Source of the DNA: Gammaproteobacteria bacterium
Lineage (GTDB): Bacteria; Pseudomonadota; Gammaproteobacteria; Steroidobacterales; Steroidobacteraceae
Direction: 5' to 3'
NCBI GenBank assembly: GCA_034668025.1
Contig: JAXDQF010000280.1
Span: 1,345 to 65,344, forward strand
DNA length: 64,000 nt
Shown here: positions 32,140 to 47,324 of the stretch, one piece after another
Numbering within the stretch: the first letter of the stretch is position 1
Layout of the letters: every line of letters begins with the position of its first letter
Program-made: the position numbers and the translations under genes
Notes under the pieces: model-generated
Seen by the model: the letters and a program-made list of their open reading frames with translations, nothing else
Told to the model about the DNA's origin: nothing
Databases searched by the model: none

Positions 32140-33105
32140 TTATTCCTTGCTCTCGGAGAATTCTCCGAACGAGGCAATGCGCGCAGTGCGCGCGGCCCGC
32201 AGCTCATCGCGCGGCATGGCCTCGAGCTGATCGAGGTGGCGAATGATGGCCGCCTTCAGCCGCGACGCGGTTTCCGCCGAATCGCGATGCGCGCCGCCGA
32301 GCGGCTCCTCAACCACCTCGTCCACCAACCCCAGCTTGCTGAGGCGGTCGGCGGTGAGATTCAGCGCATCGGCCGCCGCCTCCTTCTTGTCCTGGCTCTT
32401 CCAGAGAATGGAGGCGCACCCTTCCGGCGAGATCACCGAATAGGTGCTGTACTGAAGCATCAACAATCGATCGCACACACCGATGGCCAGTGCGCCGCCC
32501 GAGCCACCCTCACCTGTCACGACGGTGATGATGGGGACGCTGAGGACTGACATCTCGAACAGGTTGCGCGCGATTGCTTCGCTCTGTCCTCGCTCTTCAG
32601 CGCCGACTCCGGGATAGGCGCCCTGAGTGTCGATGAGTGTCACCAGCGGCAATGCAAATCGCTCGGCGAGCCGCATCAGGCGCAGCGCCTTGCGATAGCC
32701 TTCGGGCTTCGGCATGCCGTAGTTACGGCGGACGCGCTCCTTCGTATCACGGCCTTTCTGGTGACCGATGATCATCACGGGGCGATTGTCGAGCCGGCCC
32801 AGTCCCCCCACGATGGCCAGGTCGTCCGCGTACATCCGATCCCCGTGCAGCTCGTTGAAGTCGCTGAAGATCGATTGGACATAATCCAACGTGTAGGGGC
32901 GATGCGGATGGCGCGCGAGTTGCGTGATCTGCCAGGGAGTGAGGCTCGCGAAAATACTGGTCGTCAGCTGCCGGCTCTTGGCCTGCAGGCGGTTGATCTC
33001 GTCCTGGATGTTGACCTCGGACTCCGAGGTGACGTGCTTCAGCTCCTCGATCTTCGCTTCGAGCTCGGCAATGGGCTGTTCGAAATCCAGGAACGCAACG
33101 GCCAT
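32140..33105 (-). CDS. accA: Acetyl-CoA carboxylase carboxyltransferase subunit alpha
   Basis: [19 protein letters not shown]-terminus, [13 protein letters not shown] motif. Confidence 0.96.
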   Translation of the reverse strand: MAVAFLDFEQPIAELEAKIEELKHVTSESEVNIQDEINRLQAKSRQLTTSIFASLTPWQITQLARHPHRPYTLDYVQSIFSDFNELHGDRMYADDLAIVGGLGRLDNRPVMIIGHQKGRDTKERVRRNYGMPKPEGYRKALRLMRLAERFALPLVTLIDTQGAYPGVGAEERGQSEAIARNLFEMSVLSVPIITVVTGEGGSGGALAIGVCDRLLMLQYSTYSVISPEGCASILWKSQDKKEAAADALNLTADRLSKLGLVDEVVEEPLGGAHRDSAETASRLKAAIIRHLDQLEAMPRDELRAARTARIASFGEFSESKE

Positions 33106-33178
33106 GTACGACTTATCTCCGTAACCTAAAGCTGGCGGAGGTTACGGGAGAGCTGCCCGGGGAGCAAACGGCTGCAAG

Positions 33179-36683
<3,505 letters not shown>

Positions 36684-36691
<8 letters not shown>

Positions 36692-37310
36692 CCGTCACCA
36701 CCAGGTTCATCTCAAATGCGACCTTGACGGGGCTGAAAGATTTGCGATGCAGCGGCGACGGCTCCTTGCACCTCAACGCTGCGAGGTGATCGGGCGTGCT
36801 GTAGCCTTTATGGTCCGCGAATTTGAAACCGGGATAACACGCGTCGAGCTTCTGCATCATTGCATCGCGGCAGGTTTTAGCGAGAATCGACGCGGCGCTG
36901 ATGGAGCTGAACTTGGCGTCGCCTTCGATTATCGATTCCACCGTGCAGCCGAGGTTCAGGTCATTGATGCGCGGAAGCTGATTGCCATCCACCTGGATGT
37001 GCGTGGGACAGACCGGCAAACCCAACAGCGCGCGGCGCATCGCGAGGAACGTCGCACCCAGGATGTTGAGACTGTCAATTTCGTCGCGATCGGCCCACGC
37101 GACGGCCCACGCGAGCGAGCGCTCGCGAATGATCGGCGCCAGACGCTCGCGCTCCTCAGCGGGCAGTACCTTCGAGTCAGCGAGTCCGTGAATCCGTCGA
37201 TTGGGATTCAGAATGACCGCGGCAGCGACCACAGGGCCCGCGAGCGGTCCCCTGCCCGCCTCATCAACACCGGCACAGCGAATACCTTCGCCCCGTCGCT
37301 TGAAATTCAT
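36684..37310 (-). CDS. rnhB: Ribonuclease HII
   Basis: GVDEAGRGPLAGPV active-site motif. 8-nt overlap with dnaE start. Confidence 0.95.
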
Positions 37311-38506
37311 GCTGCGCCTCGCACAGTGGCGAGAATCGCCGCGGCGGCACGCTCGGCGCCACCGCGGCGCAAAACTTCGTGCACGGTTCGGAACTCGCGA
37401 CTGAGCTCACTCACGTGCCGGGGGTCTTCGATCTCATGCAGCAGCGCCGCGCCGAGTGCGGCCCCGCTGACTTCTTCCTGGAAGAATTCGGGCACCAGTC
37501 GCCGTCCCACGAGAAGGTTGGGTTGAGAGAAGTATGGCACCTTGACCAGCCCGAGTGTACGCAACAGAAATGCCGTCACCGAGCTCAGCCTGTAGGCCAC
37601 CACCATTGGACGCCCCGTGAGGAGTGTCTCGAGTGTCGCCGTTCCGGAAGCGACGATTACGCCATCGGCCGCCGCAAGTGCCCGCTGCGCCTGGCCATCG
37701 AGCAAAGTAATCGCGGGCGCGCCCGACATCGTCAGCAACGCGGCAACTTGGCGCTCAAAGGCGGCACGGACTCGCGCTGAGGCCGTAGGCGCAACGAAAC
37801 GAATGTCCGGTCTGCGTTCCGCAATCCACGCGGCAGCCGCGGCGAAGTCGGCGCCCAGTCGCTCGACCTCACCCATGCGACTGCCGGGCAACAACGCGAC
37901 CACGGTCGCGTCACTATCAATTCCTAATTCGCGGCGCGCCGCTGCACGGTCTACTTCGAGTGGAATCTGATCCGCGAGCGGGTGCCCGACAAACACCGCG
38001 CGCACGCCATGCTGCGCGTAGAAGTCCGTCTCGAAGGGCAACAGGCACAACACGAGGTCGCAGGCCTTGCCGATGGTCCGCACGCGGCCCTGGCGCCACG
38101 CCCACACCTGGGGACTGACATATTGAACAGTCTTGAGCCCGCGCTGCTTGAGACGCTTCTCCAGTCCGAGGTTGAACGCGGGGGCATCGATGCCCACGAA
38201 CACGTCAGGGTGCAGCGTACTGAAACGCGACATCAGCATTGACCGCAACTTCAACAGACGGGGCAGATGCCGCAACGGCTCAGTGAAGCCCATCATCGCG
38301 AGCTCTTCAGACGACGCCCACGCGTCGCAGCCGGCGGCGATCATCTTGGGTCCAGCGACGCCGAAGCATTTCAGATTGGGGACCTGAGCACGCAGCGCAT
38401 TAATGAGTGCGGCACCCAGAGTATCGCCAGAGGATTCCCCCGCGACGATGCCGACGCTGAGAGACGTGCGCGCGGAGCCAGACAGGCTCCTCGGCGCAAC
38501 GTTCAT
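37307..38506 (-). CDS. lpxB: Lipid-A-disaccharide synthase
   Basis: IVAGESSGDTLGA N-terminal motif. lpxA-lpxB-rnhB order with 4-nt overlaps. Confidence 0.94.
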   Translation of the reverse strand: MNVAPRSLSGSARTSLSVGIVAGESSGDTLGAALINALRAQVPNLKCFGVAGPKMIAAGCDAWASSEELAMMGFTEPLRHLPRLLKLRSMLMSRFSTLHPDVFVGIDAPAFNLGLEKRLKQRGLKTVQYVSPQVWAWRQGRVRTIGKACDLVLCLLPFETDFYAQHGVRAVFVGHPLADQIPLEVDRAAARRELGIDSDATVVALLPGSRMGEVERLGADFAAAAAWIAERRPDIRFVAPTASARVRAAFERQVAALLTMSGAPAITLLDGQAQRALAAADGVIVASGTATLETLLTGRPMVVAYRLSSVTAFLLRTLGLVKVPYFSQPNLLVGRRLVPEFFQEEVSGAALGAALLHEIEDPRHVSELSREFRTVHEVLRRGGAERAAAAILATVRGAA

Positions 38507-39273
38507 CGCACGAGGCTGCGGGTCGAACTGTCGATAAAGTCGACGAACGCTTTGATTTCGGGGCGCGTGTCCGCTATTGGCCTCAGCTTCTCGAGCGCAT
38601 CGGCGAGCTTGAGATCGGATCGATATAGAATCCGGTAGGCCTCGCGGATCTGCCGGATCTGTTCCTCGTCGAAACCCCTACGCTTCAACCCTTCCGAATT
38701 GACCATGCGAGGCTCAGCCGGGTTTCCGGCAACCATCACGTATGGCGGGATGTCGCGTTGGACGATCGCGCCGCCGGCGAGGAATGCATGTGCGCCTATC
38801 TTTACGTATTGATGCACCGCTGTCAGGCCGCCGAGACTCACCCAATCCCCGATTTCAACGTGACCGCCCACCGCGGCGCAATTCGCAAACACGGCCTTGT
38901 TGCCGATGATGCAGTCATGCGCGACGTGCGAATACGCCATGAACAGGTTGTCGTCGCCTATGCGCGTAACGCCGTGGCCCTGGGCCGTGCCCCGATTGAC
39001 CGTGCAGCTTTCCCGAAAGACGTTCCGGTCGCCGATTTCTAGGCGCGTGGGCTCGCCGTTGTACTTCTTATCCTGGGGGGCGTCGCCTATGGAGGCGAAC
39101 TGAAAAATCCGGTTGTCGGCGCCGATTTTGGTCGGGCCATTGATGACGACGTGCGGACCAACGATGGTGCGGGCACCAATCTGCACGTGCGGCCCGATGA
39201 CGCTAAAGGGTCCCACGGTAACGTCCGCCGCAAGCTTTGCTTGTGGCGACACGAGGGCATGCGGGTCGATCAC
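38503..39273 (-). CDS. lpxA: Acyl-ACP--UDP-N-acetylglucosamine O-acyltransferase
   Basis: Left-handed beta-helix hexapeptide repeats. 256 aa. fabZ-lpxA-lpxB order. Confidence 0.95.
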   Translation of the reverse strand: MIDPHALVSPQAKLAADVTVGPFSVIGPHVQIGARTIVGPHVVINGPTKIGADNRIFQFASIGDAPQDKKYNGEPTRLEIGDRNVFRESCTVNRGTAQGHGVTRIGDDNLFMAYSHVAHDCIIGNKAVFANCAAVGGHVEIGDWVSLGGLTAVHQYVKIGAHAFLAGGAIVQRDIPPYVMVAGNPAEPRMVNSEGLKRRGFDEEQIRQIREAYRILYRSDLKLADALEKLRPIADTRPEIKAFVDFIDSSTRSLVR

Positions 39274-39734
39274 TTCCCCGTCTCCGGTGCCACCATCATG
39301 TCTGCGTGGGCCACTTCTGTCTCACCGACGAGCGCCGTCGTCGAAAACTTCCAGATTCCCTTCAAGGCGCGCTCCAATGTCGCCGTGAGAATCAACTGGT
39401 CACCCGGGGCCACCGGCTTGCGGAACCGTGCCTTGTCGATACCAACGAAGTAGAACTTCGTTTCATGGTTCGGCACCACGCCCGCAGTGACAAAGGCGAG
39501 GATGCCTGCAGCCTGGGCCAGTGCCTCCACGATCATCACGCCGGGCATCAATGGCCGGCCGGGAAAGTGCCCGGGGAAAAACGGCTCGTTGTAGGTCACG
39601 TTCTTGAGCGCCCGTATGCTTTTGCCGGGAATGCATTCGAGCACCCGGTCCACCATCAGGAACGGGTAGCGGTGCGGCAGCAGCTGCAAAATCGCGTCGA
39701 TATCAAGTGTGATCGGGTCGGTCATCATCCTCAT
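39270..39734 (-). CDS. fabZ: 3-hydroxyacyl-ACP dehydratase FabZ
   Basis: LPHRYPFLMVD and FPGHFPGRPLMPGV motifs. Three alternative ATG starts (39734/39728/39725). Confidence 0.95.
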   Translation of the reverse strand: MRMMTDPITLDIDAILQLLPHRYPFLMVDRVLECIPGKSIRALKNVTYNEPFFPGHFPGRPLMPGVMIVEALAQAAGILAFVTAGVVPNHETKFYFVGIDKARFRKPVAPGDQLILTATLERALKGIWKFSTTALVGETEVAHADMMVAPETGK

Positions 39735-40755
39735 CCTGTTCGTCAGTCGCGGCGCCTTCGAGCTTCTTGACCCTCTGGACCAACGACTCGAGATTGCGAA
39801 CGCGCGCGACCTGCCGGCGCCAAATTTTCGATTCTGTTATGGGAAGGCCACTGGAGTAAACACCCGGTCCCGCGAGCGAGCGGCTGACCATCCCGAAACC
39901 CGTGATGACGACTCCATCGCCAATCGTCAGGTGCCCCGCAATTCCGCAGGCGCCGCCGATGATGCAGTGCTTCCCGATAACCGTGCTGCCCGAGATTCCC
40001 GTGCAGCCGGCGATCACGGTGTGCGCGCCGACGCGGACGTTGTGACCCAACTGGATCTGGTTGTCGAGCTTCACGCCCTCCTCAACCACCGTATCTTCAA
40101 TCGCTCCGCGGTCGATCGTCGTGTTGGCACCGATCTCCACATCAGCCCCGATCCGCACCGAGCCCACCTGGGGCACCTTCACCCACTTGCCCTGCTCCGG
40201 CGCAAATCCGAATCCATCGCCCCCAATGACCACCCCAGGCTGAATGATCGTGCGCGCCCCGATCTTCACTCCATGGCACAAGGTCACACTGGCAACCAAA
40301 TAGACGTCCTCATCGAGTATGACGTCCTCTTCGACGACACACCGCCGGCCCACATGCACACGTGGCCCAACAACCGTCCGATCGCCAACGATCGCGAGCG
40401 CACCGATATGGGCTGAAGAGTCGACGCGAGCCGTGGAAGAGACGATTGCGGACGGATGCACTCCGGGCGGATGGTGAGGCGCCGGATGCAACAAACTCGT
40501 GATCCGCGCGAAAGTCGCACGCGGGTTGTTACAGATCAGCGCTGCCGTCGGACAGGCGTCAGCGGCCGCACGTTCGAGCACGACCACGGCAGCACGAGTC
40601 GCCGCCAGCTCGCGCCGGTTGCGGGACTCAGACAGGTACGCGACCGAATGGCTGTCCGCGTTCGCGAGCGTCCCGATACGCTCAACCAGCGCATCGGGAT
40701 TGCCGCGAAGCTCACAGCCAAATCGAACAGCGAGTTCCCCAAGCGAAACGGCCAT
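39703..40755 (-). CDS. lpxD: UDP-3-O-acylglucosamine N-acyltransferase
   Basis: Hexapeptide repeats, 350 aa, skp-lpxD-fabZ order. Acidic C-terminal tail (TDEQDEDDD). Confidence 0.94.
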   Translation of the reverse strand: MAVSLGELAVRFGCELRGNPDALVERIGTLANADSHSVAYLSESRNRRELAATRAAVVVLERAAADACPTAALICNNPRATFARITSLLHPAPHHPPGVHPSAIVSSTARVDSSAHIGALAIVGDRTVVGPRVHVGRRCVVEEDVILDEDVYLVASVTLCHGVKIGARTIIQPGVVIGGDGFGFAPEQGKWVKVPQVGSVRIGADVEIGANTTIDRGAIEDTVVEEGVKLDNQIQLGHNVRVGAHTVIAGCTGISGSTVIGKHCIIGGACGIAGHLTIGDGVVITGFGMVSRSLAGPGVYSSGLPITESKIWRRQVARVRNLESLVQRVKKLEGAATDEQDEDDDRPDHT

Positions 40756-40779
40756 TGCGCCGTGCCAGAGGCTTAAAAC

Positions 40780-41376
40780 TTATTTCCCGGGCGGCTTCGC
40801 CGGCGCGGGAGCCGGTGCCGTTGCGGGTGCTGCAGCCTTCGCATGAGACGCACCAGCACCCGGATTGGCCTGCAGCTGCGCCAGGATCGCAGGAGTGATG
40901 TCGATCGTCGGCGTTGTGTAGATCACGCCATCGGCGATGACCAGGTCGAAGTTCTGCGCCTTGGCGTAGACACGGACCTGCTCGATGAGGGTCTTCTGCA
41001 GACGCGACATCTCCTCGTTGCGGCGGGCATTGAAGTCCTCTTGAACTTCGCCCTGCTTGCGTTGCAGCTCGCGATAGCTGTCCCGCAGGTCCTTCTCGGA
41101 ATTGGTCCGCTGGTCCTGCGACATGGTCGCGCCGTCCTTCTGCAGCTTGTCCTCCTTGGCCTTCAGCGTCGCCTGCTGGTTCTGCAGATCACGCTGCCGC
41201 GGGGTAAATTCGGTGCGGATGGCCTCCAGCGCCGACTTCGCCTGCGGGGACTCCTCGACCAGCCGGCCGTAGTCCACCACGCCGATCTTCAAGTCGGCCC
41301 AGGCCGGAGAGGCGACTAAAGTCCCTACCGCTGCCACGAACCCCACCCACCATTTGAATCTCATCAAATCCTTCAC
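40780..41376 (-). CDS. skp: Periplasmic chaperone Skp (OmpH)
   Basis: Signal peptide, coiled-coil-rich body. Sits between bamA and lpxD. Ala/Pro-rich C-terminal tail. Confidence 0.88.
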   Translation of the reverse strand: MKDLMRFKWWVGFVAAVGTLVASPAWADLKIGVVDYGRLVEESPQAKSALEAIRTEFTPRQRDLQNQQATLKAKEDKLQKDGATMSQDQRTNSEKDLRDSYRELQRKQGEVQEDFNARRNEEMSRLQKTLIEQVRVYAKAQNFDLVIADGVIYTTPTIDITPAILAQLQANPGAGASHAKAAAPATAPAPAPAKPPGK

Positions 41377-41411
41377 GGATACCCACCTCGAATGAATCTA
41401 CGTATTGTGGC

Positions 41412-43859
41412 CTAAAATGCCTGTCCAATGGAGAACTGAAAGACCTCGGTTTCATCACCGTAGAACCGCTGCAGGTTCGTCGGATCACCATGCTTCGCAT
41501 TGAGCGGCATCCCCAGGCTGAATCGGAACAGACCCAGGGGAGCCAGCCATTGTACGGAGACTCCGGCCGAACGTTTGATGTCCCCGGCGCTGAAACCGTA
41601 ATTCTGCACGGTCGCATTGTTCGGACCATAGAAAATCAGGTTCTTATTGGTATTGAACACGTTGCCCTGATCCAGGAAGAGGCTCACCCGGGCCGTGCTG
41701 CGCCACTTGGCGGGCATCGGCAGGATGATCTCGTTGCGGTTCACGACCTTCATATTGCCACCGTACGGGTTGCCGAACTGGTCCTTGGGACCCAGCCGGC
41801 TCTCCCGGAAGCCACGAACGTCGTCCGGACCGCCACCGAAGTAATTCCGGTACGGGGGCAACGCCGTGGTGCCGCCGAACGGCGCACCGTAGTCGACCGT
41901 GAAACTGAACGAATAGGCCACCGGCCCGTAAATCGGCACGTACTGCAGGAAGCTGTAGTTGCCAACCCAGTACTTCACGTTGCTGCCCGGGATAGTGGAT
42001 GACAGCGAGACGGTCTGCCGCATGCCGCGGTCCGCAAACAACGTACGGTTGCGGGTATCCCAGCCCCAGCCAACGAGCCCCTCGAACGTTTTGAAGTTGG
42101 TTCCGTAGAAGACGAACTCGTTGTTGCTCGAGTCGTCGTGCGCAATGCGCTGGTACGGATGGCCGTTCTGTTGCACCCACTGCTGGGCTTGCAACGCGCT
42201 GCCCTGCGAGTTGGTCAGCAACTGTGAGCTGTCGATCGAGCCGCCGACCCGCAGATACTGATACTCGCTGATCGGGTAGTCCCACGTCACACCGCCGCTG
42301 ACGGTCTTCGACGAGAAGTTGGACGAGGACGAGACGAACTGCGTCACGTCGCGATAGGTAACGGATTCCGTTCGCGACACGCCATCGATACTCGTGTACG
42401 GGTCGGTGTGCTGCAGGCTGTACACCTTGCTGAAGGCGCCACCATTCAACTCGACCGAGATACGCTGCCCGGTGCCCAGGAAGTTGGCGTCCGTGTAGCT
42501 ACCGTTCAGCTGGAACTTGTAGGTCTCGGAATAGCCGATACCGCCGCCCAGCTGGGCGCTCGGACCCTCCTCCACCTTGAAGCCCACATCGACCTGGTCG
42601 GGCGAACCCGTGACCGGAGTGGTCTCGAACGACACGTTTTTCACATACGGCAGACGTTGGACGCGCTGCTTCGAACGCTCCAGCGAGGTGTTGGAAAGCC
42701 AACCACCTTCGAGCTGGCGCATCTCGCGACGCAACACTTCATCGTTGATGCGGTTGGAGCCGGAGTACGTGATGTTACGTACGTACACCCGGTTACCCGG
42801 ATCCACGAAGAACGTCAGGGATACTTCGTGCGTGGCGTTGTTCGGTGTCGGGACCGGTTCCACCTTCGCGAAGGCGTAACCGTCCTGGCCCAGGCGATTC
42901 TGGATCAGCTCCTGCGTGCCGGTAATCAGCTTCTGGTTGAACGTCTGCCCCGGCTTGACCAGCAGCAGTTTCTCGAGCTCGGCCTTCGGGACCACGAAGG
43001 TACCGGCGAGCTTCACGTCCGAAATCTTGAAAACCTCGCCTTCCTGGAGGTTCACGGTAATGAAGATGTCGTCCTTCTCAGGCGCGATGGCGACCTGGGT
43101 GGAGTCGATCTGGAAATTCGCGTAGCCGCGGTCCATGTAGAAGTTGCGCAGCTTCTCCAGGTCGCCCTGCAGGGATTCGCGCGAATAGCGGTCGTCCTGT
43201 TTGTACCAGGACTTCCAGTTCGGAGTCTTCAGCTCAAACGTATCCAGCACTTCCTTCTGCTTGTACGTGTGATTGCCCACGAGATTGATCTGGCGGATCT
43301 TCGCGCGCTTGCCTTCCTTGATTTCGATCTTGACCTTCACCCGGTTGCCGGTCTCTTCCTCGACCTTGGTGTCGACCCGGACCGCGTATTTGCCGCGGCT
43401 GTAGTACTGATCGGTCAGGTAGCCGGTCACGTCTTCCAGCACCGAGCGATCGAAGGTCTTGCCCGTCGCAAGGCCGACGTTGCGCAGCGACTTTTGCAGA
43501 TCCTCGGTCTTGATGTCCTTGTTGCCCGTGATCTCGAAGCTCTCGATGGAGGGACGCTCCAGCAGCACGACAAACAGCGTGTTGCCCTCACGTCGCAGCT
43601 GCACGTCACGGAAGAATCCGGTCGCATACAGCGCCCGGATGGCTTCACGCACGCGCGTCGGATTCAGATGATCGCCGATGTTGACCGGTAGATAGTTGTA
43701 GACAGTACCTTCAGATACGCGTTGCAGACCTTCGACGCGGATGTCGCCTACAGTGAAATCTGCGTCATTCGTCGCCGTCTGCGCAATTGGCGTTTGGGCA
43801 ATGGTAATTGCGCAACGCGTAAACAGCGCAACGGAGGCCAGGACGGCGCGAGCCTTCAT
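41412..43859 (-). CDS. bamA: Outer membrane protein assembly factor BamA
   Basis: 815 aa, N-terminal POTRA repeats (IRVEGLQRVSEGTV...), C-terminal beta-barrel ending FQFSIGQAF. Confidence 0.97.
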   Translation of the reverse strand: MKARAVLASVALFTRCAITIAQTPIAQTATNDADFTVGDIRVEGLQRVSEGTVYNYLPVNIGDHLNPTRVREAIRALYATGFFRDVQLRREGNTLFVVLLERPSIESFEITGNKDIKTEDLQKSLRNVGLATGKTFDRSVLEDVTGYLTDQYYSRGKYAVRVDTKVEEETGNRVKVKIEIKEGKRAKIRQINLVGNHTYKQKEVLDTFELKTPNWKSWYKQDDRYSRESLQGDLEKLRNFYMDRGYANFQIDSTQVAIAPEKDDIFITVNLQEGEVFKISDVKLAGTFVVPKAELEKLLLVKPGQTFNQKLITGTQELIQNRLGQDGYAFAKVEPVPTPNNATHEVSLTFFVDPGNRVYVRNITYSGSNRINDEVLRREMRQLEGGWLSNTSLERSKQRVQRLPYVKNVSFETTPVTGSPDQVDVGFKVEEGPSAQLGGGIGYSETYKFQLNGSYTDANFLGTGQRISVELNGGAFSKVYSLQHTDPYTSIDGVSRTESVTYRDVTQFVSSSSNFSSKTVSGGVTWDYPISEYQYLRVGGSIDSSQLLTNSQGSALQAQQWVQQNGHPYQRIAHDDSSNNEFVFYGTNFKTFEGLVGWGWDTRNRTLFADRGMRQTVSLSSTIPGSNVKYWVGNYSFLQYVPIYGPVAYSFSFTVDYGAPFGGTTALPPYRNYFGGGPDDVRGFRESRLGPKDQFGNPYGGNMKVVNRNEIILPMPAKWRSTARVSLFLDQGNVFNTNKNLIFYGPNNATVQNYGFSAGDIKRSAGVSVQWLAPLGLFRFSLGMPLNAKHGDPTNLQRFYGDETEVFQFSIGQAF

Positions 43860-43918
43860 GCTTCACTCACAAATAACTTTCTTTCGCGCGCAGTGCGCGC
43901 TGTTGGTTTGTCAGGTGT

Positions 43919-45292
43919 TCAACTTAGTTGGCGTGCGATGTCGTTGAACAATGCGACGCCCATCAGCAGGATGAGCAGCGCAATACCAACTTGCTGTCCG
44001 AACGCCTGCGCCCGCTCCGAGAGCGGACTCCCCTTCAGCCACTCGACCAGCTGAAAGACGATCTGCCCACCATCGAGGATCGGGATGGGCAGCAGGTTGA
44101 GAAAACCGAGCGACAGCGATATCAGCACCAGGAAGCCCATGAACGAGGCGACCCCCGCCTCGGCCGAGTCGCCCGCATATTCGGCGATCGACAGTGGGCC
44201 ATTCAAATTCTTCATGGAGAACTGTCCCAGCACCATGCGCCAGAACAGCCTGCCCTGCAGGGCCGTCATGCTCCAGGCCTCCTGCGCAGCGCGGCTCAGG
44301 GCACCGGCGGGCGACAGTTGGATCTGCATGACCATGTCATCGGGAAGCTTCTTGCCCGGCGGCTGCTGGACGCGAATCCGGCCCACCACCTTGTCGCCTT
44401 CCTTGTCGCTGGCGACGGGGATTTGCACGCTGTGCTCAGTGCCATCGCGCAGATAACGGAAATTCAGGGTTGCACCCGGGCGGGCACTCACGCGGGCCGA
44501 GATGTCCCGGAAGTCCGAGACGCGTTCGCCGTCGATGGCCGTAATCTGGTCACCGGGCTTCAGTCCCGCGCGGGCGGCGGGTCCCTCCGCAGCGACGGGA
44601 CCCAGAATGGCCGGCAGCGGCGGCAGCCAGAACTCGAAACCCAACCCGTGCAACAAGGCGGCGGGCTCAGTCAGATGCACCCGCTCTTCGCGATTGGGGA
44701 CATTGAGGTTGGCGGCGCGCGTAGTGCCGTCCTTACCCTTCACGGACAGGGTCGCTATGCCCCGCGAGCTCACGGCGTCGAGCAGATCAAACATGACATC
44801 GCGCTGGCCGACGACGGGTGACCCGTTGATGGCGAGGATCTCGTCGCCGGTCCGCAAGCCGCCGCGCGCGGCGATGGAGTTCTGCAGGACGTCACCGACA
44901 ACGGGTTTGAATTCGGTGATGCCGGAGACCCAGAACATGCCCCACAGCACCAGGATGGCGAAGGCGATGTTGAATGCGGGACCCGCCAGCAGCACGGCAA
45001 TGCGCTGCCACGGTGGCTTGCGAGTGAAGGAGCGTGCGAGGTCTTCGCTGGCAACCGGGCCTTCGCGCTCGTCCAGCATCTTCACGTAGCCGCCCAGAGG
45101 AATGGCGGCGATAACGTATTCGGTGCGATCGGGACCGGCGATCCGGCTGAACAGAGGCCGGCCAAAGCCGACGGAGAACCGCAGCACCTTGAAGCCGAGC
45201 CGTCGGGCCACCCAGTAGTGCCCGAATTCGTGCACCGTGACCAGAAGGCTCACGGCCACGATAAACCACAGCGCGTACCAGACCAAATTCAT
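43919..45292 (-). CDS. rseP: Sigma-E protease RseP (site-2 zinc metalloprotease)
   Basis: HEFGHYW zinc motif, PDZ regions, [11 protein letters not shown] motif. Confidence 0.96.
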   Translation of the reverse strand: MNLVWYALWFIVAVSLLVTVHEFGHYWVARRLGFKVLRFSVGFGRPLFSRIAGPDRTEYVIAAIPLGGYVKMLDEREGPVASEDLARSFTRKPPWQRIAVLLAGPAFNIAFAILVLWGMFWVSGITEFKPVVGDVLQNSIAARGGLRTGDEILAINGSPVVGQRDVMFDLLDAVSSRGIATLSVKGKDGTTRAANLNVPNREERVHLTEPAALLHGLGFEFWLPPLPAILGPVAAEGPAARAGLKPGDQITAIDGERVSDFRDISARVSARPGATLNFRYLRDGTEHSVQIPVASDKEGDKVVGRIRVQQPPGKKLPDDMVMQIQLSPAGALSRAAQEAWSMTALQGRLFWRMVLGQFSMKNLNGPLSIAEYAGDSAEAGVASFMGFLVLISLSLGFLNLLPIPILDGGQIVFQLVEWLKGSPLSERAQAFGQQVGIALLILLMGVALFNDIARQLS

Positions 45293-46515
45293 GCGTGAGC
45301 GTCCCTAACTACCCCACTGTAACCGGACCGTGTGCCACCAGCCGACGCGCTCAGCTGTTCGCGGGCCAGCCGTCGCGCCTCGGCATCTGCGGCCAGAACG
45401 TCATCGAGACCACCGATCTTTCCGCCGGTGCTCTTTGTGATCACGGCTTCAATGACCGTTGCAATGCCGATAAAGTTCAATTGGCGGTCCAGGAACGCCT
45501 GCACTGCAACCTCGTTTGCCGCATTGAGTGTGGCCGGCTGCAGTCCGCCGGTGCGCGCCGCCGCCTGTGCCAGCGTCAGGCAGCGGAACTTTTCGTAGTC
45601 AGGGGCTCGGAAGTCCAGTCGTCCGGCCCGCACCAGATCCAGGAAGTCTACACCGGAGGAGATTCGCTCGGGCCAGGCAAGCGCGTGCGCAATCGGCGTA
45701 CGCATGTCGGGCGAGCCGAGCTGTGCGAGCACCGAGCCGTCGAGGTATTCGACCATCGAGTGAACGATGCTTTGCGGATGGACGACGATCTCGACCTGCG
45801 CCGGCGCAAGGCCGAAGAGAAAACACGCCTCGATGAGCTCGAGACCCTTGTTCATCAGCGTCGCCGAGTCGACTGAGATCTTGCGGCCCATGACCCAGTT
45901 CGGGTGGGCGCACGCCGCCTCGGGAGTGACCGATTCGAGTGCTTCGCGCGGCGTATCGCGGAATGGGCCGCCCGAGGCAGTCAGCAGGATCTTCCGCACC
46001 CCCGGGGCCGGCTCGCCGGTGCGTGCCTGTGGCGGCATGCATTGAAAAATCGCATTGTGCTCACTGTCGATGGGCAGCAGTGTCGCACCGGATGCGCGGA
46101 CTGCTGACATCAACAGCGGGCCGGCCATCACGAGCGACTCTTTGTTCGCCAGCAGAAGCCGCTTGCCTGCGCGTGCAGCCGCAAGCGTGGACGGCAGACC
46201 GGCCGCTCCAACAATCGCCGCCATGACGCAGTCGGTCTCACGCAGCGTCGCGATTTCGATCAGGCCATCCTGACCTGCGAGCACGCGGGTCCCTGGAGCT
46301 TGCGTGCCCAGTGTCTGTATCAGCTCGCGCGCCGCGTTTTCATCGGCGAGCACAGCGTACGACGGACGCCAACGCAACACCTGCGCAGCCAACTTCGCAA
46401 CATTGCGGTTGGCACCCAGGGCCACCAGTTTGAAGCGGTCAGGATGGCGGGCGAGCACATCGAGCGTGCTCTCGCCAATCGAGCCGGTAGAACCTAGAAC
46501 GGCAACGCCAATCAT
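45289..46515 (-). CDS. dxr: 1-deoxy-D-xylulose 5-phosphate reductoisomerase
   Basis: ATG at 46515 gives [20 protein letters not shown] and an ATGA overlap with the cdsA stop. The 635-aa ORF-track version is an out-of-frame read-through across cdsA. Confidence 0.95.
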   Translation of the reverse strand: MIGVAVLGSTGSIGESTLDVLARHPDRFKLVALGANRNVAKLAAQVLRWRPSYAVLADENAARELIQTLGTQAPGTRVLAGQDGLIEIATLRETDCVMAAIVGAAGLPSTLAAARAGKRLLLANKESLVMAGPLLMSAVRASGATLLPIDSEHNAIFQCMPPQARTGEPAPGVRKILLTASGGPFRDTPREALESVTPEAACAHPNWVMGRKISVDSATLMNKGLELIEACFLFGLAPAQVEIVVHPQSIVHSMVEYLDGSVLAQLGSPDMRTPIAHALAWPERISSGVDFLDLVRAGRLDFRAPDYEKFRCLTLAQAAARTGGLQPATLNAANEVAVQAFLDRQLNFIGIATVIEAVITKSTGGKIGGLDDVLAADAEARRLAREQLSASAGGTRSGYSGVVRDAHA

Positions 46516-47324
46516 GCCGCGACCCCCAATACGGTTAATCCAAACAGCAGGACGGGCGCCGCGCCGGTCACGCTGTCGATGCGGTCCATGACACCACCGT
46601 GTCCCGGAAACAGCGTACCGCTGTCCTTCACTCCGGCAAACCGCTTCAGGAGACTTTCTGTCAGATCGCCGATGATCGAAAACGCCACCGCGGCCAGGCA
46701 CAGCGGCACAAACGCGTACGCCGGTACTCCGAACCAGACGCTGCCGCAGACTGCCATCACAGCGCCACCAGCGATACCGCCCAACACACCCTCCCAGGTC
46801 TTGCCCGGCGAGACGGACGGCGCCAGGCGCAGTCGGCCAAAGCGCCGACCCGCGAAGAATGCACCGATATCGGCGGCAAACACGAGCAATAACGTGAAAA
46901 TCATCCACTGCGCTCCTTGCGGCAGATCGAAGCGCAGGCGTACGAGCGCCAGCCAGGCAGGCACGAGCGCCAGCAGGCCAGCCAATCCGGCCAACAACGG
47001 CGTCACACGGTGCGGCGCGAATGCGATCCATACGAGCGCGATCACCCACCAGACAACTGCAGCAGCCAATACGATTTCCCGACCCTCCGGTGACTCGGTG
47101 ACGTGCCAGACCACCGGCATCATGACCGCCACGAGTGCGACATACAGCGATCGGAACGCCACGCTGCGCAAACGCAGAAATGCCGACCACTCCCATGAAC
47201 CTGCCAGAACCAACAGCGACAGCAGGACGAGTGTCGCAACGGGTGGCAACAGCAGCACGATCGCCAGGAAGCTCACACCGAGCACGATCGCAGTGCTGAT
47301 GCGCTTACGCAGACCCTCGTTCAC
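46512..47324 (-). CDS. cdsA: Phosphatidate cytidylyltransferase
   Basis: Multi-TM protein with C-terminal [28 protein letters not shown] signature. Confidence 0.95.
   Translation of the reverse strand: MNEGLRKRISTAIVLGVSFLAIVLLLPPVATLVLLSLLVLAGSWEWSAFLRLRSVAFRSLYVALVAVMMPVVWHVTESPEGREIVLAAAVVWWVIALVWIAFAPHRVTPLLAGLAGLLALVPAWLALVRLRFDLPQGAQWMIFTLLLVFAADIGAFFAGRRFGRLRLAPSVSPGKTWEGVLGGIAGGAVMAVCGSVWFGVPAYAFVPLCLAAVAFSIIGDLTESLLKRFAGVKDSGTLFPGHGGVMDRIDSVTGAAPVLLFGLTVLGVAA

Noticed and set aside
46516-47196. N-terminal 227 residues of the 635-aa ORF-track version of dxr
   Set aside because: This part overlaps cdsA out of frame and is Arg/Cys/Gly-rich nonsense. The canonical Dxr N-terminus [14 protein letters not shown] starts at 46515 with an ATGA overlap.
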